From a virus, in IMG/VR virus record IMGVR_UViG_3300023179_009191, positions 33,703 to 97,702 of that record: a DNA stretch of 64,000 nt; one strand, given 5' to 3'. The stretch's first letter is position 1. Each line of letters starts with the position of its first letter. The position numbers and the translations under genes were made by a program. Below are positions 48,735 to 59,448 of this stretch, piece by piece. A model generated the notes under the pieces. The model made no database searches and had not been told where the DNA came from. It saw only the letters and a program-made list of their open reading frames with translations.

Positions 48735-49550
48735 TTACAATTCTAAAATATTTACAAAATTATTATCAAAGGCTCTTGAAATATTTTTTATATTCCATAG
48801 GTTGTTAATATGAATGCCGTGGCTTTTAACTTCTTGTGCTCCAAAATATCCAAATTTTTTTGGTGTTATAATATTTTTAGCGTTACCTAAAAAACACCCC
48901 CACCAGGAAAAGGTACTATTTGAACAAATAATATTATTAAAAGTTAAATGAGTAGCTAAATCTAATTTAGAATTACCTGCCAGTATTTTTATATCATGTT
49001 CTTTTATTATTCTATCTAAATATTTTTTTTCATATGCATTATCGCTAATTGTGTTAGAGCCTTTGTAACTGCTTATCAAGAAATATTTTTTCCCAGGTAA
49101 ATTATCAATCAATTTATTATAATAATCAAAATGAATTATTTCTGAATTTATCCCTTCATGAATAAAGTCGCCAAGCCTTACTAAAATTAATGTATCTTCT
49201 TTATTTTCATTAATATCGGGCAGTTTAAAAAAAGTTTTTATACGCTGTTCGTAATTATTAAAAAACTCTGCATCTTGAAAATAACCGGAAACCAAATAGT
49301 TATTTTCAAGCGAAAGTTTTAAAGAAGTGCTGCCATTAATATTTTTATGATTAAAATATCCTAAATCATCTAATAAAATTGTGTTGTCTGATTTTGTTTC
49401 TTTAAAATTTAAGTGATTTGTTGTTTCTATGATGTCATTAAACTTAAAATCTGTCTGTAAATTTAATCCATTTTCTTCTGCAAGAATTCTTGCATAGCAG
49501 TATTGAAACATGCAGTTTCCAAAATTACCTATATAATTTATTTTTATCAT
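48735..49550 (-). CDS. GT11 alpha-1,2-fucosyltransferase-like
   Basis: GNFGNCMFQY, GYFQ, VRLGDF, NSTFSWWG. Confidence 0.85.
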   Translation of the reverse strand: MIKINYIGNFGNCMFQYCYARILAEENGLNLQTDFKFNDIIETTNHLNFKETKSDNTILLDDLGYFNHKNINGSTSLKLSLENNYLVSGYFQDAEFFNNYEQRIKTFFKLPDINENKEDTLILVRLGDFIHEGINSEIIHFDYYNKLIDNLPGKKYFLISSYKGSNTISDNAYEKKYLDRIIKEHDIKILAGNSKLDLATHLTFNNIICSNSTFSWWGCFLGNAKNIITPKKFGYFGAQEVKSHGIHINNLWNIKNISRAFDNNFVNILEL

Positions 49551-49564
49551 TTTTATTCTGTTAT

Positions 49565-50428
49565 TTATTCTGTTATTTTTTTATACCAATATTCTAAGTC
49601 TAATTGTTCTAGATTAAATTTACTGAAAGGAAAAAAGTCTGTTATTTTACTTTTTAAAAAGTTTTCATTTATTTGTGAATAACTATCAACCTGTAAAATT
49701 GGCAGATCATTAAATTCTTTAAATGTATAGGGGTGATTATATATTACAGGAACACATTCTAGATAAAGACATTCCCATATTCTATGGCAATCTACTCCAT
49801 TTCCAGGTGGCGCTATACAGAAGTAAGACTGTTTTAATTTTTTAATATACTCTGTAAAAGAAGCTGGCTGAGCCATTAATATACCATTAGCTTCTGTTTC
49901 AGCATTTACTTTTAGTCTTACTGGTGTGTTTGTAGAACAGTCAAAGCTTTTAAAAACTAAATTATTTTTTTGTAGATTTAACTCCATTATTTGCTTTAAT
50001 GCATTTAAATCACCGTGTGGCCATTGACTGTTGGCAATGCCAATAGGTACAGAAAAAAGTTTGGGATGAGATGTATATTTGTTTTGACAAAACCATTTTT
50101 TAATTTTAGAAGAATTAAGATATGGGTAAAAATTTGATGTTATGCCTACATCACTATTGTGTGTTATAAGAGTGAACGGTCCTTCAATTTGAGGATAAAC
50201 ATAATTAAAAAAATAATCTAAAATATGTGGGTAGGTAAAAATTATTTTAGCATATTTTAACTCATCAGGAATTTTTACGTCCGTTTTACTAGGACTAAAA
50301 ACATAACATTTAGTCTTGGTGTTTTGTATTTGTGTTTTTACTAGCTCAGAATTAAAATTATTTTCTGTATTCAGCGCTACCGTTACATCAGCAAACTCTT
50401 GAAGTTTTTCTCCAGTTACAAAATTCAT
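49565..50428 (-). CDS. exostosin (GT47)-like glycosyltransferase
   Basis: LITHNSD, PIGIAN, FCIAPPGNG.DCHRIWE.LY...VP. Confidence 0.8.
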   Translation of the reverse strand: MNFVTGEKLQEFADVTVALNTENNFNSELVKTQIQNTKTKCYVFSPSKTDVKIPDELKYAKIIFTYPHILDYFFNYVYPQIEGPFTLITHNSDVGITSNFYPYLNSSKIKKWFCQNKYTSHPKLFSVPIGIANSQWPHGDLNALKQIMELNLQKNNLVFKSFDCSTNTPVRLKVNAETEANGILMAQPASFTEYIKKLKQSYFCIAPPGNGVDCHRIWECLYLECVPVIYNHPYTFKEFNDLPILQVDSYSQINENFLKSKITDFFPFSKFNLEQLDLEYWYKKITE

Positions 50429-51081
50429 AATGATCTTTTGAACAGAGTATCGCCGTGTGTGTAAATAGGTATAAAGTTATTAGCGGTGAGGAAATTTATA
50501 AGCTGCTGATTACTGGGGGCATTAGTATAAAAATCAGAATCAAATTCTGCAATAATAAATTTTACTGTGTCTATTAATTCTTCAAGCCCAAGCAGTAAAT
50601 TATATTCGCCTCCTTGAAGATCTAAGCATAGCATATCAACTTGTGTTATATTTAAATTTTTTAAAATCGATTTTAAAGTTTTAGACTGCACTTTTATTTT
50701 ATTCATAGGAGCATCAGCCACATCTTTATGTTGATAAATTGAAGAAATACCAGCATTATGTGCAGGACAATTTGCAGTATCAAAGCTGTGAAAATTGATT
50801 TCACCTTCTATATTTGAAAGTGCATAATTAAAAAATTTTATTCTGCCTTGGCTGTTTTGTATATTGTGTTTGCATACGTCTACACACTCTGGGTTACATT
50901 CAAAAGATAAAATAGTGGCATTAGGGTATAATATTTCTAATTGCAATGCATCAAGCAAGTCTCTTGAACCACATTCTACAATTACTTTTATGTTTTGTTT
51001 ATCTTTAATATGTTCAGTAAAATCTGGCTGAACATAAGTTGCAGTTGGGGTTGTTACATTTCTAATATATTTAAAATTCAT
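50425..51081 (-). CDS. FkbM-family methyltransferase
   Basis: ECGSR, SFECNP, DMLCLDLQGGE. Confidence 0.85.
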   Translation of the reverse strand: MNFKYIRNVTTPTATYVQPDFTEHIKDKQNIKVIVECGSRDLLDALQLEILYPNATILSFECNPECVDVCKHNIQNSQGRIKFFNYALSNIEGEINFHSFDTANCPAHNAGISSIYQHKDVADAPMNKIKVQSKTLKSILKNLNITQVDMLCLDLQGGEYNLLLGLEELIDTVKFIIAEFDSDFYTNAPSNQQLINFLTANNFIPIYTHGDTLFKRSL

Positions 51082-51926
51082 AAACTAAATTCTCCTAGCT
51101 GTTTAGAGTGTACGTGTAAATTACAAATAGGGATTTGTTGATTATCATATATTATATAAGGCTGCTTATTAAATTTATCAACTACTGGTTTTATAGTATT
51201 TGATACTATGAAGCGGTCAACCAACCGGTTAACATTGCTAGGGTGAACAGTGTTTTTAGGTGCATTACCTGAGCCTCCAAGATACTGCCCATACGTACTA
51301 GGATCAAAAACAAAATTAAATTTTACAAAGCTTTTATCTTGTGGTGTGCTCGGTAAAATACTAATTAAATCGCTGTTTTTGTGTATGTGACCCAGGAGCT
51401 TCATTTCATGCGGCATATCGTTAAATAAAGACTTAAGTCTGGGTATACCTAATGTTGCTAAATCAAAAAGGTTATCACATATTTCTACTAAACTGTGATA
51501 TGTTTTTATATAAGTAAACCCACAAACTAACTCATCTTCTTTATGCTGCGTGAAGCTAGCATTTGTGGTTGTATCATTTAATATGGAGATAAAATTGTGA
51601 ACATTTTTATAAATTAAAACATCATTATCAAAATGAATGATGTCATTTATTTTAGTTTTAAGCAAAAAATCATTTATATAAAAAAATCTTTCAAAAGATG
51701 TTTTCCACAGAGGGTCGCAGTCATTTTTATAAAAATCAATGCTTTGCAATCTGTTAATTGCTAGATCGTTTACATTAATTACATTGACTTCATTAACGTT
51801 GGTTAAGTTAGCATCTGTTAATAGAAAAATTTTATAGTTTGTTTGTGTTTGCTTTATTTGTTGTATGCATTGTGCTAAATGTTTTGGAAAAACACCGTCT
51901 TTGTGAAATAGTATAAAGTGTGTCAT
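51078..51926 (-). CDS. GT-A fold glycosyltransferase
   Basis: ERFF, HFDNDV (DxD), FDP..YGQYLGG, NLHVHSK. Confidence 0.7.
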   Translation of the reverse strand: MTHFILFHKDGVFPKHLAQCIQQIKQTQTNYKIFLLTDANLTNVNEVNVINVNDLAINRLQSIDFYKNDCDPLWKTSFERFFYINDFLLKTKINDIIHFDNDVLIYKNVHNFISILNDTTTNASFTQHKEDELVCGFTYIKTYHSLVEICDNLFDLATLGIPRLKSLFNDMPHEMKLLGHIHKNSDLISILPSTPQDKSFVKFNFVFDPSTYGQYLGGSGNAPKNTVHPSNVNRLVDRFIVSNTIKPVVDKFNKQPYIIYDNQQIPICNLHVHSKQLGEFSL

Positions 51927-51928
51927 TA

Positions 51929-52651
51929 TTAAAGAAAAATATAATTTGTATTGCTGTATATATAGTGGCACCCGTACTTCGGATCATACTTTTTCGGTAT
52001 TAAAACAAATATTTCTGTATCAGTACTAGCAAGATGTTTAATTGTAGAAGCTAAATTGGACGGGCCAGAATATAATGTTATAAATCTTTTACAAGACATT
52101 AAAACATCTGAATAATGCATTAAGTCATTAATATCAATTTTTTTAAATTTATTTGCAGTATCAAAATGAGTACCATAAGTAACTTTTGAGTGAGTAACTG
52201 ATAATGTATCTTCATTTAAATCAAATTTGTTAAGAATGTTTAAAATATTTTGTGGGTTATAATTGCTTGCTATGGAATGAATTGAAAGATCGAGAACGGT
52301 TTTTTTCTTTAAATCAGATATAAAATTTGGTTTATAATAAATTTTAGGATATTCTATATTTGTATTAAATCCGTAAACTCTCTGAACAACCTGTATATGA
52401 TTTAAGCTTCCAGGCTGCTCAAATAAAGCACATTTATCTGACCACGATAAATCAGTAGAATCAACTTTTTCTTTTTCTATAAAGGGATTGAACCCCCAAA
52501 CAATATCATAAATTTGCTGGTTTCTTACTGCATTATGTTTTGATAAAAAACACTTTTTGCCATGTTGAGAACACAATTCTGGTATTAGTGAATGCGCTAA
52601 ATTATCTCCTAGTCCGCCCCAAGGTTGATAAATTGTAATTTTTTCTGTCAT
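51929..52651 (-). CDS. GT-B glycosyltransferase-like protein
   Basis: GGLGDNL, LYSG...LAS. Confidence 0.6.
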   Translation of the reverse strand: MTEKITIYQPWGGLGDNLAHSLIPELCSQHGKKCFLSKHNAVRNQQIYDIVWGFNPFIEKEKVDSTDLSWSDKCALFEQPGSLNHIQVVQRVYGFNTNIEYPKIYYKPNFISDLKKKTVLDLSIHSIASNYNPQNILNILNKFDLNEDTLSVTHSKVTYGTHFDTANKFKKIDINDLMHYSDVLMSCKRFITLYSGPSNLASTIKHLASTDTEIFVLIPKKYDPKYGCHYIYSNTNYIFL

Positions 52652-53436
52652 AGATTTATATACTTATATCTTAGGTTTTCAATTAAAAGATCTACTCCAA
52701 GCTCTTCATTTTTACTGTTCCAACCTGTTTTAGGAATTGCATTTATAATATTATCTCCATCGCATAAAAAACCGGACCAGAAGCTAAAAGAACCTTGACT
52801 TAGTATTAGGTTATTATGAGCGGATAGAAAAGATATTGTATTTTTTTCTGTATCATTGAAAATTGATGCATTGTATTTTTTTAGCATATATTGAATAGAC
52901 TCATGCTTAGGATAATCAGTACAGATAGTTATTTTGCCTGGTAAACATAGTCTTATAGCTTCTTCATAATATTCTGTTGGTAGTAAATTTTTTCTCAGGT
53001 TAGGACAAAGTAAATCACCCAATCGTATATGAATAGCTATATCAGTGCTGTTAGTAGAATACGGAGTTGCGTTAAACCACTTTTTAATATTATCTCTAAA
53101 TGGTATATAAAATTTTTTACGCTGAAAATAGCCATCAAGTATTATTTTTCTGGGTGTACTGTCATTAATAACTTCTGCTATTTCAAAATCAGGATGGCAG
53201 AAGTCATCAGACAAACTGTGATTTCCTAAATGCTGTACTGGTGCATCATGGTGCGCATATCCAGGCTGATCATAATTTAAATCTATACCTCTTAGCATAA
53301 ATTCTCTATCAACATCTGTTGGGCCAAATAGTTTAAACTTTAAGTTTTCAGAAATAATTCTTGCTGTAAAATAAGGAAACAATTGGTTTCCAAATCTGCC
53401 CATGCATTTTTTAATTGTTACGCTCATAATGCTCAA
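52648..53436 (-). CDS. GT11 fucosyltransferase-like
   Basis: GRFGNQLF, GYFQ, IHIRLGD, SFSFW. Confidence 0.85.
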   Translation of the reverse strand: MSIMSVTIKKCMGRFGNQLFPYFTARIISENLKFKLFGPTDVDREFMLRGIDLNYDQPGYAHHDAPVQHLGNHSLSDDFCHPDFEIAEVINDSTPRKIILDGYFQRKKFYIPFRDNIKKWFNATPYSTNSTDIAIHIRLGDLLCPNLRKNLLPTEYYEEAIRLCLPGKITICTDYPKHESIQYMLKKYNASIFNDTEKNTISFLSAHNNLILSQGSFSFWSGFLCDGDNIINAIPKTGWNSKNEELGVDLLIENLRYKYINL

Positions 53437-54301
53437 TTAATTTATAAAGATTTTTCATAAAGCCTACAGGTGTAAGATACTCATTACCAAAGTTAAAAAG
53501 ATTTTGCTGTATATTAATAAGACTATTATTTTTTGAATTGTAAAAAGATTTCACTGCATCAACTATATCTTGATCAGGCATTATTCTTACTATGTAATCA
53601 TCATAGTTAAAAATTTCTTCAAAAGGTAGAGCGCAATCTGTGTCAACCAATATGGGTATTCTACCCATGCAGATTGTTTGACAAAATCTATAGCTATAAT
53701 TACCCCAACCTCTTATACATAAAGTAAAAAGATTTTTAGAAATATTATTATAAAATTCATTAACTGATTTTTTTTGAATTTGCTCTGTAATATTATTGTT
53801 TATGCATTCTTCTGAAGAAGATGTGCCCCACTTGGGGCCATTTTTAATAATAAAATCTGTTTTAATATTTGAATTTTTTAATTCATTTAAATATTTTTCT
53901 CTATTAAATCTATCGCTAGCACCACAAAAGCCAACAGAGCACTCACCTGAATAAGGTATAAATTCTTTATTAGGTACTCTTTCTTCTGCAAGAGAAGTAA
54001 GAGAAAATTCATTTTTAAATTTTTTTGATTTGAGTAAATTGTTTTTAAAATTATAACCTATAGAAATGGGAATATATCCTTCTTCTATGTCACCTTGACC
54101 TAAAAAAACTACTTTTTTACCAAAGTTTTTTGACTTGAGTATAAATTTTTTTAATGACTCTTTTGAGTGATATATATTGTTATCTATTGAAGTACAAATA
54201 AAATAATTGCAATCCTGAGGTGAAGCAAATTTAAAAACCTTTTTAAAACACTCAGTAATATCAGAGCCTTTTAAAAATTCTTCTTCATAATAAACATTCA
54301 T
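53411..54301 (-). CDS. exostosin (GT47)-like glycosyltransferase
   Basis: VGFCG, FTLCIRGWGNYSYRF....GRIPI.VDTDC.LP. Confidence 0.8.
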   Translation of the reverse strand: MNVYYEEEFLKGSDITECFKKVFKFASPQDCNYFICTSIDNNIYHSKESLKKFILKSKNFGKKVVFLGQGDIEEGYIPISIGYNFKNNLLKSKKFKNEFSLTSLAEERVPNKEFIPYSGECSVGFCGASDRFNREKYLNELKNSNIKTDFIIKNGPKWGTSSSEECINNNITEQIQKKSVNEFYNNISKNLFTLCIRGWGNYSYRFCQTICMGRIPILVDTDCALPFEEIFNYDDYIVRIMPDQDIVDAVKSFYNSKNNSLINIQQNLFNFGNEYLTPVGFMKNLYKLIEHYERNN

Positions 54302-54394
54302 TTCTTTACTGCAATTACAGTACCATTTCTATCATTAGGATCATCATATACAATATTCCATAGTGTACTCTTTTACTTTTTCAAATAGTGTCAT
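54298..54394 (-). pseudogene. deletion remnant joining a gene start to an out-of-frame gene end
   Basis: ATGA-coupled start MTLFEKVKEYTM and ATGA-coupled end WNIVYDDPNDRNGTVIAVKK* in different frames (97 bp). Confidence 0.6.
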
Positions 54395-55257
54395 AAGTGG
54401 CTCCTGATATAATTAGAAAAATTTGATGATTTAAATGTTTCATAAGCTTTTTTACAGTTTAATTTCATTTTTTGCTCTCTTTCTACTGAAATATCTTCAA
54501 GCAAATTTTCAATATTATCATAATTCATTTTTTCAAAATCTTTTTCTTTAATAGAAATAATTGTATTGTCCCAATCCCAATCAGGTAAAATCCAGCTATC
54601 TGATACTAAAATTGGAATTGTTTGTGCATGCAAGCTTTCCCAGAATCTGACAGAAGAAGCTGAACTTCCCCTAGGACATAGAGAATAACGACTGCGTTGC
54701 AAAATATCTTGATATTCTTTTTCTTCTTTTGCTTTAGCATCTTTACTAATAACAACATTTGAGTCAACATGATAATTGTCTCTATAAACTATGCCAGGAC
54801 CATTGATACGACTCTTCATTCTCATTCTTATAGGGTGAGAGGTGTATGTTCCTACAAATGAAAATAATATATCTTTTTTAACACTATCAAAATCAAATGA
54901 GCTTGTAAATGGTATGGGTATAATCTCTACCTCAGAAATTGTATTTCCTTTCTCATGCAAAGGTGAAAATACTTTTGTAATATTGAGATGTTTAAAATAT
55001 AGTTTGAGCATCATATAACTATCATGCTGACAAACAGTAAAATTATTTTGTTGTTCTGTTTTATATTTGCTTAATGTTTTGAAGTAGAATTCAGCTGGCT
55101 GCCTGTTGGGATAATCAAGCCAATGCCCATTTAATATTTGAGTCCAGGGAACAGCTATATAATTAAGATCATTGCTATTCTTTAGCTGCTTAAAGCATTC
55201 ATATTCAACAGGAAATTTCTCATAAGGAAAAATGTCTTCAAAAAAAGAAATAACCAT
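54391..55257 (-). CDS. exostosin (GT47)-like glycosyltransferase
   Basis: FSFVG, SRYSLCPRG....S.RFWESL...IPI..SD. Confidence 0.82.
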   Translation of the reverse strand: MVISFFEDIFPYEKFPVEYECFKQLKNSNDLNYIAVPWTQILNGHWLDYPNRQPAEFYFKTLSKYKTEQQNNFTVCQHDSYMMLKLYFKHLNITKVFSPLHEKGNTISEVEIIPIPFTSSFDFDSVKKDILFSFVGTYTSHPIRMRMKSRINGPGIVYRDNYHVDSNVVISKDAKAKEEKEYQDILQRSRYSLCPRGSSASSVRFWESLHAQTIPILVSDSWILPDWDWDNTIISIKEKDFEKMNYDNIENLLEDISVEREQKMKLNCKKAYETFKSSNFSNYIRSHL

Positions 55258-56166
55258 TTATATATTATAATTTATATATTGGGCAAATCCATCGGGAGCT
55301 AAAAATTTCTCATATATACTTCTTGCTTCTTTTTGCCTGTTTATATAATCAGTTGGTGAAGCGTTTTGCCAAAATTCATTAATTTTATTATTAAGTTCTT
55401 CTGGGCTATCAACAAATACACACAACTTTTTCCAATCTATCCTATCTTCACAAGGCAAAACACAATCAGTATTTACAAAAATAGGTATACGTCCACAAGA
55501 TAAAGTCTCATAAAGTCTGTAAGAAAAATTTCCTGCTCCTCTTGTGCATAAAACTAAATCCGAGTTTATTATGTTGTTTATGTATTCAGTTCTGACTTGT
55601 TGATTGTGGGGAGAACCGCCCCAAAAACAATCTCTTATAATAAAGTTTGTTTGTATTTGATTATTATTTTTTAAGATTTCAATACAATTTTTTCTTATAG
55701 GGTTAGAAAAAACCCCACAAAAACTTACTACTAGAGTTTCTTTTTTCTCTCTACACTTAAATGGTATTATATCATTAAAATCTTGACTCCATGCTGGCAT
55801 TGCATATTCATTATTTTTTTGTTTTGATTTTAATAAAGATGTTCTAAAAAGAGTAATACTACTGTCTAGAAATGATGGTTTATCATTATCATCATTATAA
55901 AAAGCTAATATTTTTTTATTATATTTTCTGGCTTCAAAAATATAATCGCCAATCTTATAATTAAGTTTTTCTGGAAATAAAAACACATCACATTTTTCCT
56001 TAGTTGTATAGGTTACATGCTGCTCAATAGATACTCTCCATTTTTGGCTGTTTTTAAAGTCATTATCTTTTTGAAGAACATGTTCACTAAAAAATGGCAG
56101 GAGTAAAAATTGTTCTGAACAAAAATTATTAAAATCTGTATTGTCTTTATCAAACCAAATTTTCAT
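55258..56166 (-). CDS. exostosin (GT47)-like glycosyltransferase
   Basis: VSFCG, LCTRGAGNFSYRLYETLSCGRIP. Confidence 0.82.
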   Translation of the reverse strand: MKIWFDKDNTDFNNFCSEQFLLLPFFSEHVLQKDNDFKNSQKWRVSIEQHVTYTTKEKCDVFLFPEKLNYKIGDYIFEARKYNKKILAFYNDDNDKPSFLDSSITLFRTSLLKSKQKNNEYAMPAWSQDFNDIIPFKCREKKETLVVSFCGVFSNPIRKNCIEILKNNNQIQTNFIIRDCFWGGSPHNQQVRTEYINNIINSDLVLCTRGAGNFSYRLYETLSCGRIPIFVNTDCVLPCEDRIDWKKLCVFVDSPEELNNKINEFWQNASPTDYINRQKEARSIYEKFLAPDGFAQYINYNI

Positions 56167-56806
56167 AATTATGCTTTATCATATCAAGTAATTTTTGTTT
56201 ATTTTCAACTCCAACAACATAATTAGCATGATGTACTAAAATTTCTTTTGGTGGTATTATATTTGTAATACCATCCCAGTTAAATGTACCATCAGTATTG
56301 TTAAAAAAATTACCAATAGTATAATATTTCTTATTATCTAAAGTCTTACACCTTGCAAGATGTTTAAATTCATTTAAAGCTACTTGATCATTAACAAGAT
56401 GTCTAAAGTTCTTTTTTATAGTTTCAAATAAGTTAAGTGTTCGAAAATTACTTTGACATGCAAAAAAACCTGCACATAAACTCCCTCTATCTTCTTGGCA
56501 TACGATATCTACATTTTGTAGATTGCTCTCAAGATCTTTAAGAAAAGGTTTAAAAAATTGCACATCGCAATCTGCAAAAACAAACCAATTACCTTTATTT
56601 TCATTTATTGCATCCAATATTAAATTAATCTTATATTCCATTGAATCTAGCCACCCCTGAGACATGAAAGCTCCATGTATTGTTGTTTGCGGGTGGTATA
56701 AAACTCTAATAGCTGCTTGTTCTTTGGAATATATACTTCTCAAAGTATACTTAAAACTATCATACATACTTTTATGACTATCGCTGTAGTGGGTATATAT
56801 TTTCAT
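56150..56806 (-). CDS. nucleotide-diphospho-sugar transferase (GT77-like)
   Basis: FADCDV, LCAGFF, NDQ..LN, HHAN..G...K. Confidence 0.8.
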   Translation of the reverse strand: MKIYTHYSDSHKSMYDSFKYTLRSIYSKEQAAIRVLYHPQTTIHGAFMSQGWLDSMEYKINLILDAINENKGNWFVFADCDVQFFKPFLKDLESNLQNVDIVCQEDRGSLCAGFFACQSNFRTLNLFETIKKNFRHLVNDQVALNEFKHLARCKTLDNKKYYTIGNFFNNTDGTFNWDGITNIIPPKEILVHHANYVVGVENKQKLLDMIKHNYENLV

Positions 56807-57537
56807 TTAAAATTTTCAATATAAGTTTTTAGTTTTGCGAATTCTTCGTCCATTTCATTTTTATATTTTTGAACCCAGTCATTATTATTCCAAATATTAG
56901 TTCTTAATGCTTCAAGATTATTACTAATACTATCCATCTTACCTGTAGTTTCGCTATAATGTAAGTGTTTGATTAATATATCATGTCTGTAGATTGTTCT
57001 CTGTAATCTATCGAAAATAATTTGAGGCCATGTATCATGGTGTGTGTTCTCCATATAAGGTTCAACAAAGTAACCTGCTACATTTATATAATTTTTATGC
57101 ACAAAGAAATTAACACAAAGAGGGGGTACTCCAGCATATTTGTTGCCGGAGCCTCTCATACCATCGTTACAGTGTAGCATTATGATTTTATCTTTTGGTC
57201 CGCTTTCAAATTCTCTAATAATTTGTTCATCCCAATCTGGCGTCATAAACATCATATCATCACCTATCATAGCGTAAATATCTGAATCTATTTGTTTAGC
57301 CATATTATTCCACATGGTAGATAATCCAAGAAATTTGCCTTCATTTTTAAACATAACTGTTTTTATAAAAGGAATGTTATTACATAAGTAGGAATAATAT
57401 TTTCCTGCAGGATCATCTTCATCAACACCTAAAACAAGATAGACATCTTTACTCTTTATAGTAGTAACTAGGCTTGAGATGAGTGTGAGTAACTTATTTA
57501 GCCTATTTCTTGTGGGACACATTAATGCAATTTTCAT
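56803..57537 (-). CDS. GT2 glycosyltransferase
   Basis: PTRNR, DEDD, IGDD...T..WD. Confidence 0.8.
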   Translation of the reverse strand: MKIALMCPTRNRLNKLLTLISSLVTTIKSKDVYLVLGVDEDDPAGKYYSYLCNNIPFIKTVMFKNEGKFLGLSTMWNNMAKQIDSDIYAMIGDDMMFMTPDWDEQIIREFESGPKDKIIMLHCNDGMRGSGNKYAGVPPLCVNFFVHKNYINVAGYFVEPYMENTHHDTWPQIIFDRLQRTIYRHDILIKHLHYSETTGKMDSISNNLEALRTNIWNNNDWVQKYKNEMDEEFAKLKTYIENFK

Positions 57538-57620
57538 AATTTATTAATAATTTATATGACATTAATTCATTTCAGACTTTATGATATATAAAAAATATTT
57601 TTTTGTAAACATGGAAAATA

Positions 57621-58226
57621 TTATTTTTTAATAAAAAACATCTGCTCTTTTCCATATTGCGTGTTAGTTGAAAGTGTTAATGTTTCTACTTTTGATATTT
57701 TAGGCTTGTGTTCTTTTAAAAGATTAAGAAATTCTTTTTCAGATATTGATAAATCAGGTACATCAACACCAAGTGATTTATTATGTGAAATTTCAACAGT
57801 TTCGCCTTTATCATTTACAGGTATAAAGAATGTTATAACTAGTTTTTCTTTTGCACTATTTAATGCATTTTTAAGAATATTCATCCATGCATAATTATGC
57901 TCTAAAACATGTCTCATATGTATGCCATCACAATCAGAGCTATAAGTTTTAAGGTCAATAAATTTTTTAATGGCAAATTTAGTGTCGCTTCCATCAACTC
58001 CTATGGCATCTTTCCTAAATCTTAAAAAACCACCACCTCCACATCCCCAGTCTTCTACTGTCTTACAATCAAGTAAGAACTGAGCAGCTTTTTCATAAGT
58101 AACAGTATCACCATAAAGGAATGCAGAAGGATTGTTAGGTAAGTTTGTATAGTAGCCATTCCATTTATTAATATTGCATTCTTGTATTACTTTATTATTT
58201 TCTATCACAAAATTTTTTACCCCCAT
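57621..58226 (-). CDS. class I SAM methyltransferase
   Basis: VEDWGCGGG, GVDGS, RHVLEHN. Confidence 0.8.
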   Translation of the reverse strand: MGVKNFVIENNKVIQECNINKWNGYYTNLPNNPSAFLYGDTVTYEKAAQFLLDCKTVEDWGCGGGGFLRFRKDAIGVDGSDTKFAIKKFIDLKTYSSDCDGIHMRHVLEHNYAWMNILKNALNSAKEKLVITFFIPVNDKGETVEISHNKSLGVDVPDLSISEKEFLNLLKEHKPKISKVETLTLSTNTQYGKEQMFFIKK

Positions 58227-58852
58227 TTTTCATTAAACAATTCAGACAACCCATGTGTATATGCATAGCTATTTTCTAATAATTTATGGCTTTGTTGGTA
58301 CTTATGCAAGGCATATGCGTTATTTACTCTAGCATGTTTAAGATTTAATTTTTTAAGCGTATTAGCATAATCGTTATCTTGATACCAAAAAGAAAATTTT
58401 TCATCAAATGAGCCTATTTGTTTTTGAACATACTTATTCATTGCTATACACCAGCCCATAACTATTTTTTCTACATCAAAGCCTTCAGTAAAACTCTCTT
58501 TAGATTTAATTTGTCTTGTGGTGGGGCTAACAGAATCATAAACCGATAAAGCTTTATCGAGGTGATCAAAACATTCAGGTTCATAAACAACATCATTATT
58601 AGAAACAGCCAATTTATCCTCTTTGCTATCAATATGATTAAAAGCAATATTTAAAAATTTGTTGTAGTTAAAGTCGATACAGGGGAATAAAAATTCTGCA
58701 TTTAAATCAATTTGTTTGTTTTTAAGATTACAATTTGTCTCCATAACAATTATTTTGTTTACACATTTTGAAAGGCGAACAGAATCAATACATTCTTTAA
58801 GCATATAGTAATATTGAGGATTTTTTGTGTTTGATAATATTATTACAGTCAT
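58217..58852 (-). CDS. GT2 glycosyltransferase
   Basis: FNYNKFLN, NNDV, FDE.F.FWYQDND. Confidence 0.8.
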   Translation of the reverse strand: MTVIILSNTKNPQYYYMLKECIDSVRLSKCVNKIIVMETNCNLKNKQIDLNAEFLFPCIDFNYNKFLNIAFNHIDSKEDKLAVSNNDVVYEPECFDHLDKALSVYDSVSPTTRQIKSKESFTEGFDVEKIVMGWCIAMNKYVQKQIGSFDEKFSFWYQDNDYANTLKKLNLKHARVNNAYALHKYQQSHKLLENSYAYTHGLSELFNEKWG

Positions 58853-59448
58853 AATGGGTAATTTGTTACTAGTGGATTGACAACATATATCTTCTCTTCA
58901 CAGAATATATGATTAAATTTACATGAAGCATAAAAAGAAAAATCTCCACCATATCTATACTCCCAATTACCCATTTTATCAGGAATATTGGGAATTAAGC
59001 CGCAGGGAGTACCAATGTTTCCGAGTTTTAGGGAAGGATCTTTCCATACAAAATCGTTGTATCTATAATCTAAAATAATCTTAAAAAATATAATTGATTG
59101 CTTATCAGATGCATCTATAGCTTCTCTTATTTTTTTGAAAGATCCTTTTATGTATATATCATCATCGTCGCCATGAAGAATAAAATCCCCTTTCAGATTT
59201 TTTTGATATAAATTTCTGCAGCCGTGACCCCAGAAACCAAGATTTTTTTTAATATATAAAATATTTATATTGCAATTTAAATCATTAATAAATTGTACAA
59301 TTTGTTTGCTTGCTTTGTCAAAATAATCTTCACCATCTATAGCTATATAAAGAAAGTCGTTAATTTCAAGTTCGCTTATTAAACTTTTGAGCATATTAGT
59401 TAGAGTTGGTCTACCAGTAGTTGTAAGAAAAACAGAAATTGAATTCAT
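58849..59448 (-). CDS. GT2 glycosyltransferase
   Basis: TTGRPTL, WGH..RN, GDDDD, YGGDF.F. Confidence 0.8.
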   Translation of the reverse strand: MNSISVFLTTTGRPTLTNMLKSLISELEINDFLYIAIDGEDYFDKASKQIVQFINDLNCNINILYIKKNLGFWGHGCRNLYQKNLKGDFILHGDDDDIYIKGSFKKIREAIDASDKQSIIFFKIILDYRYNDFVWKDPSLKLGNIGTPCGLIPNIPDKMGNWEYRYGGDFSFYASCKFNHIFCEEKIYVVNPLVTNYPL

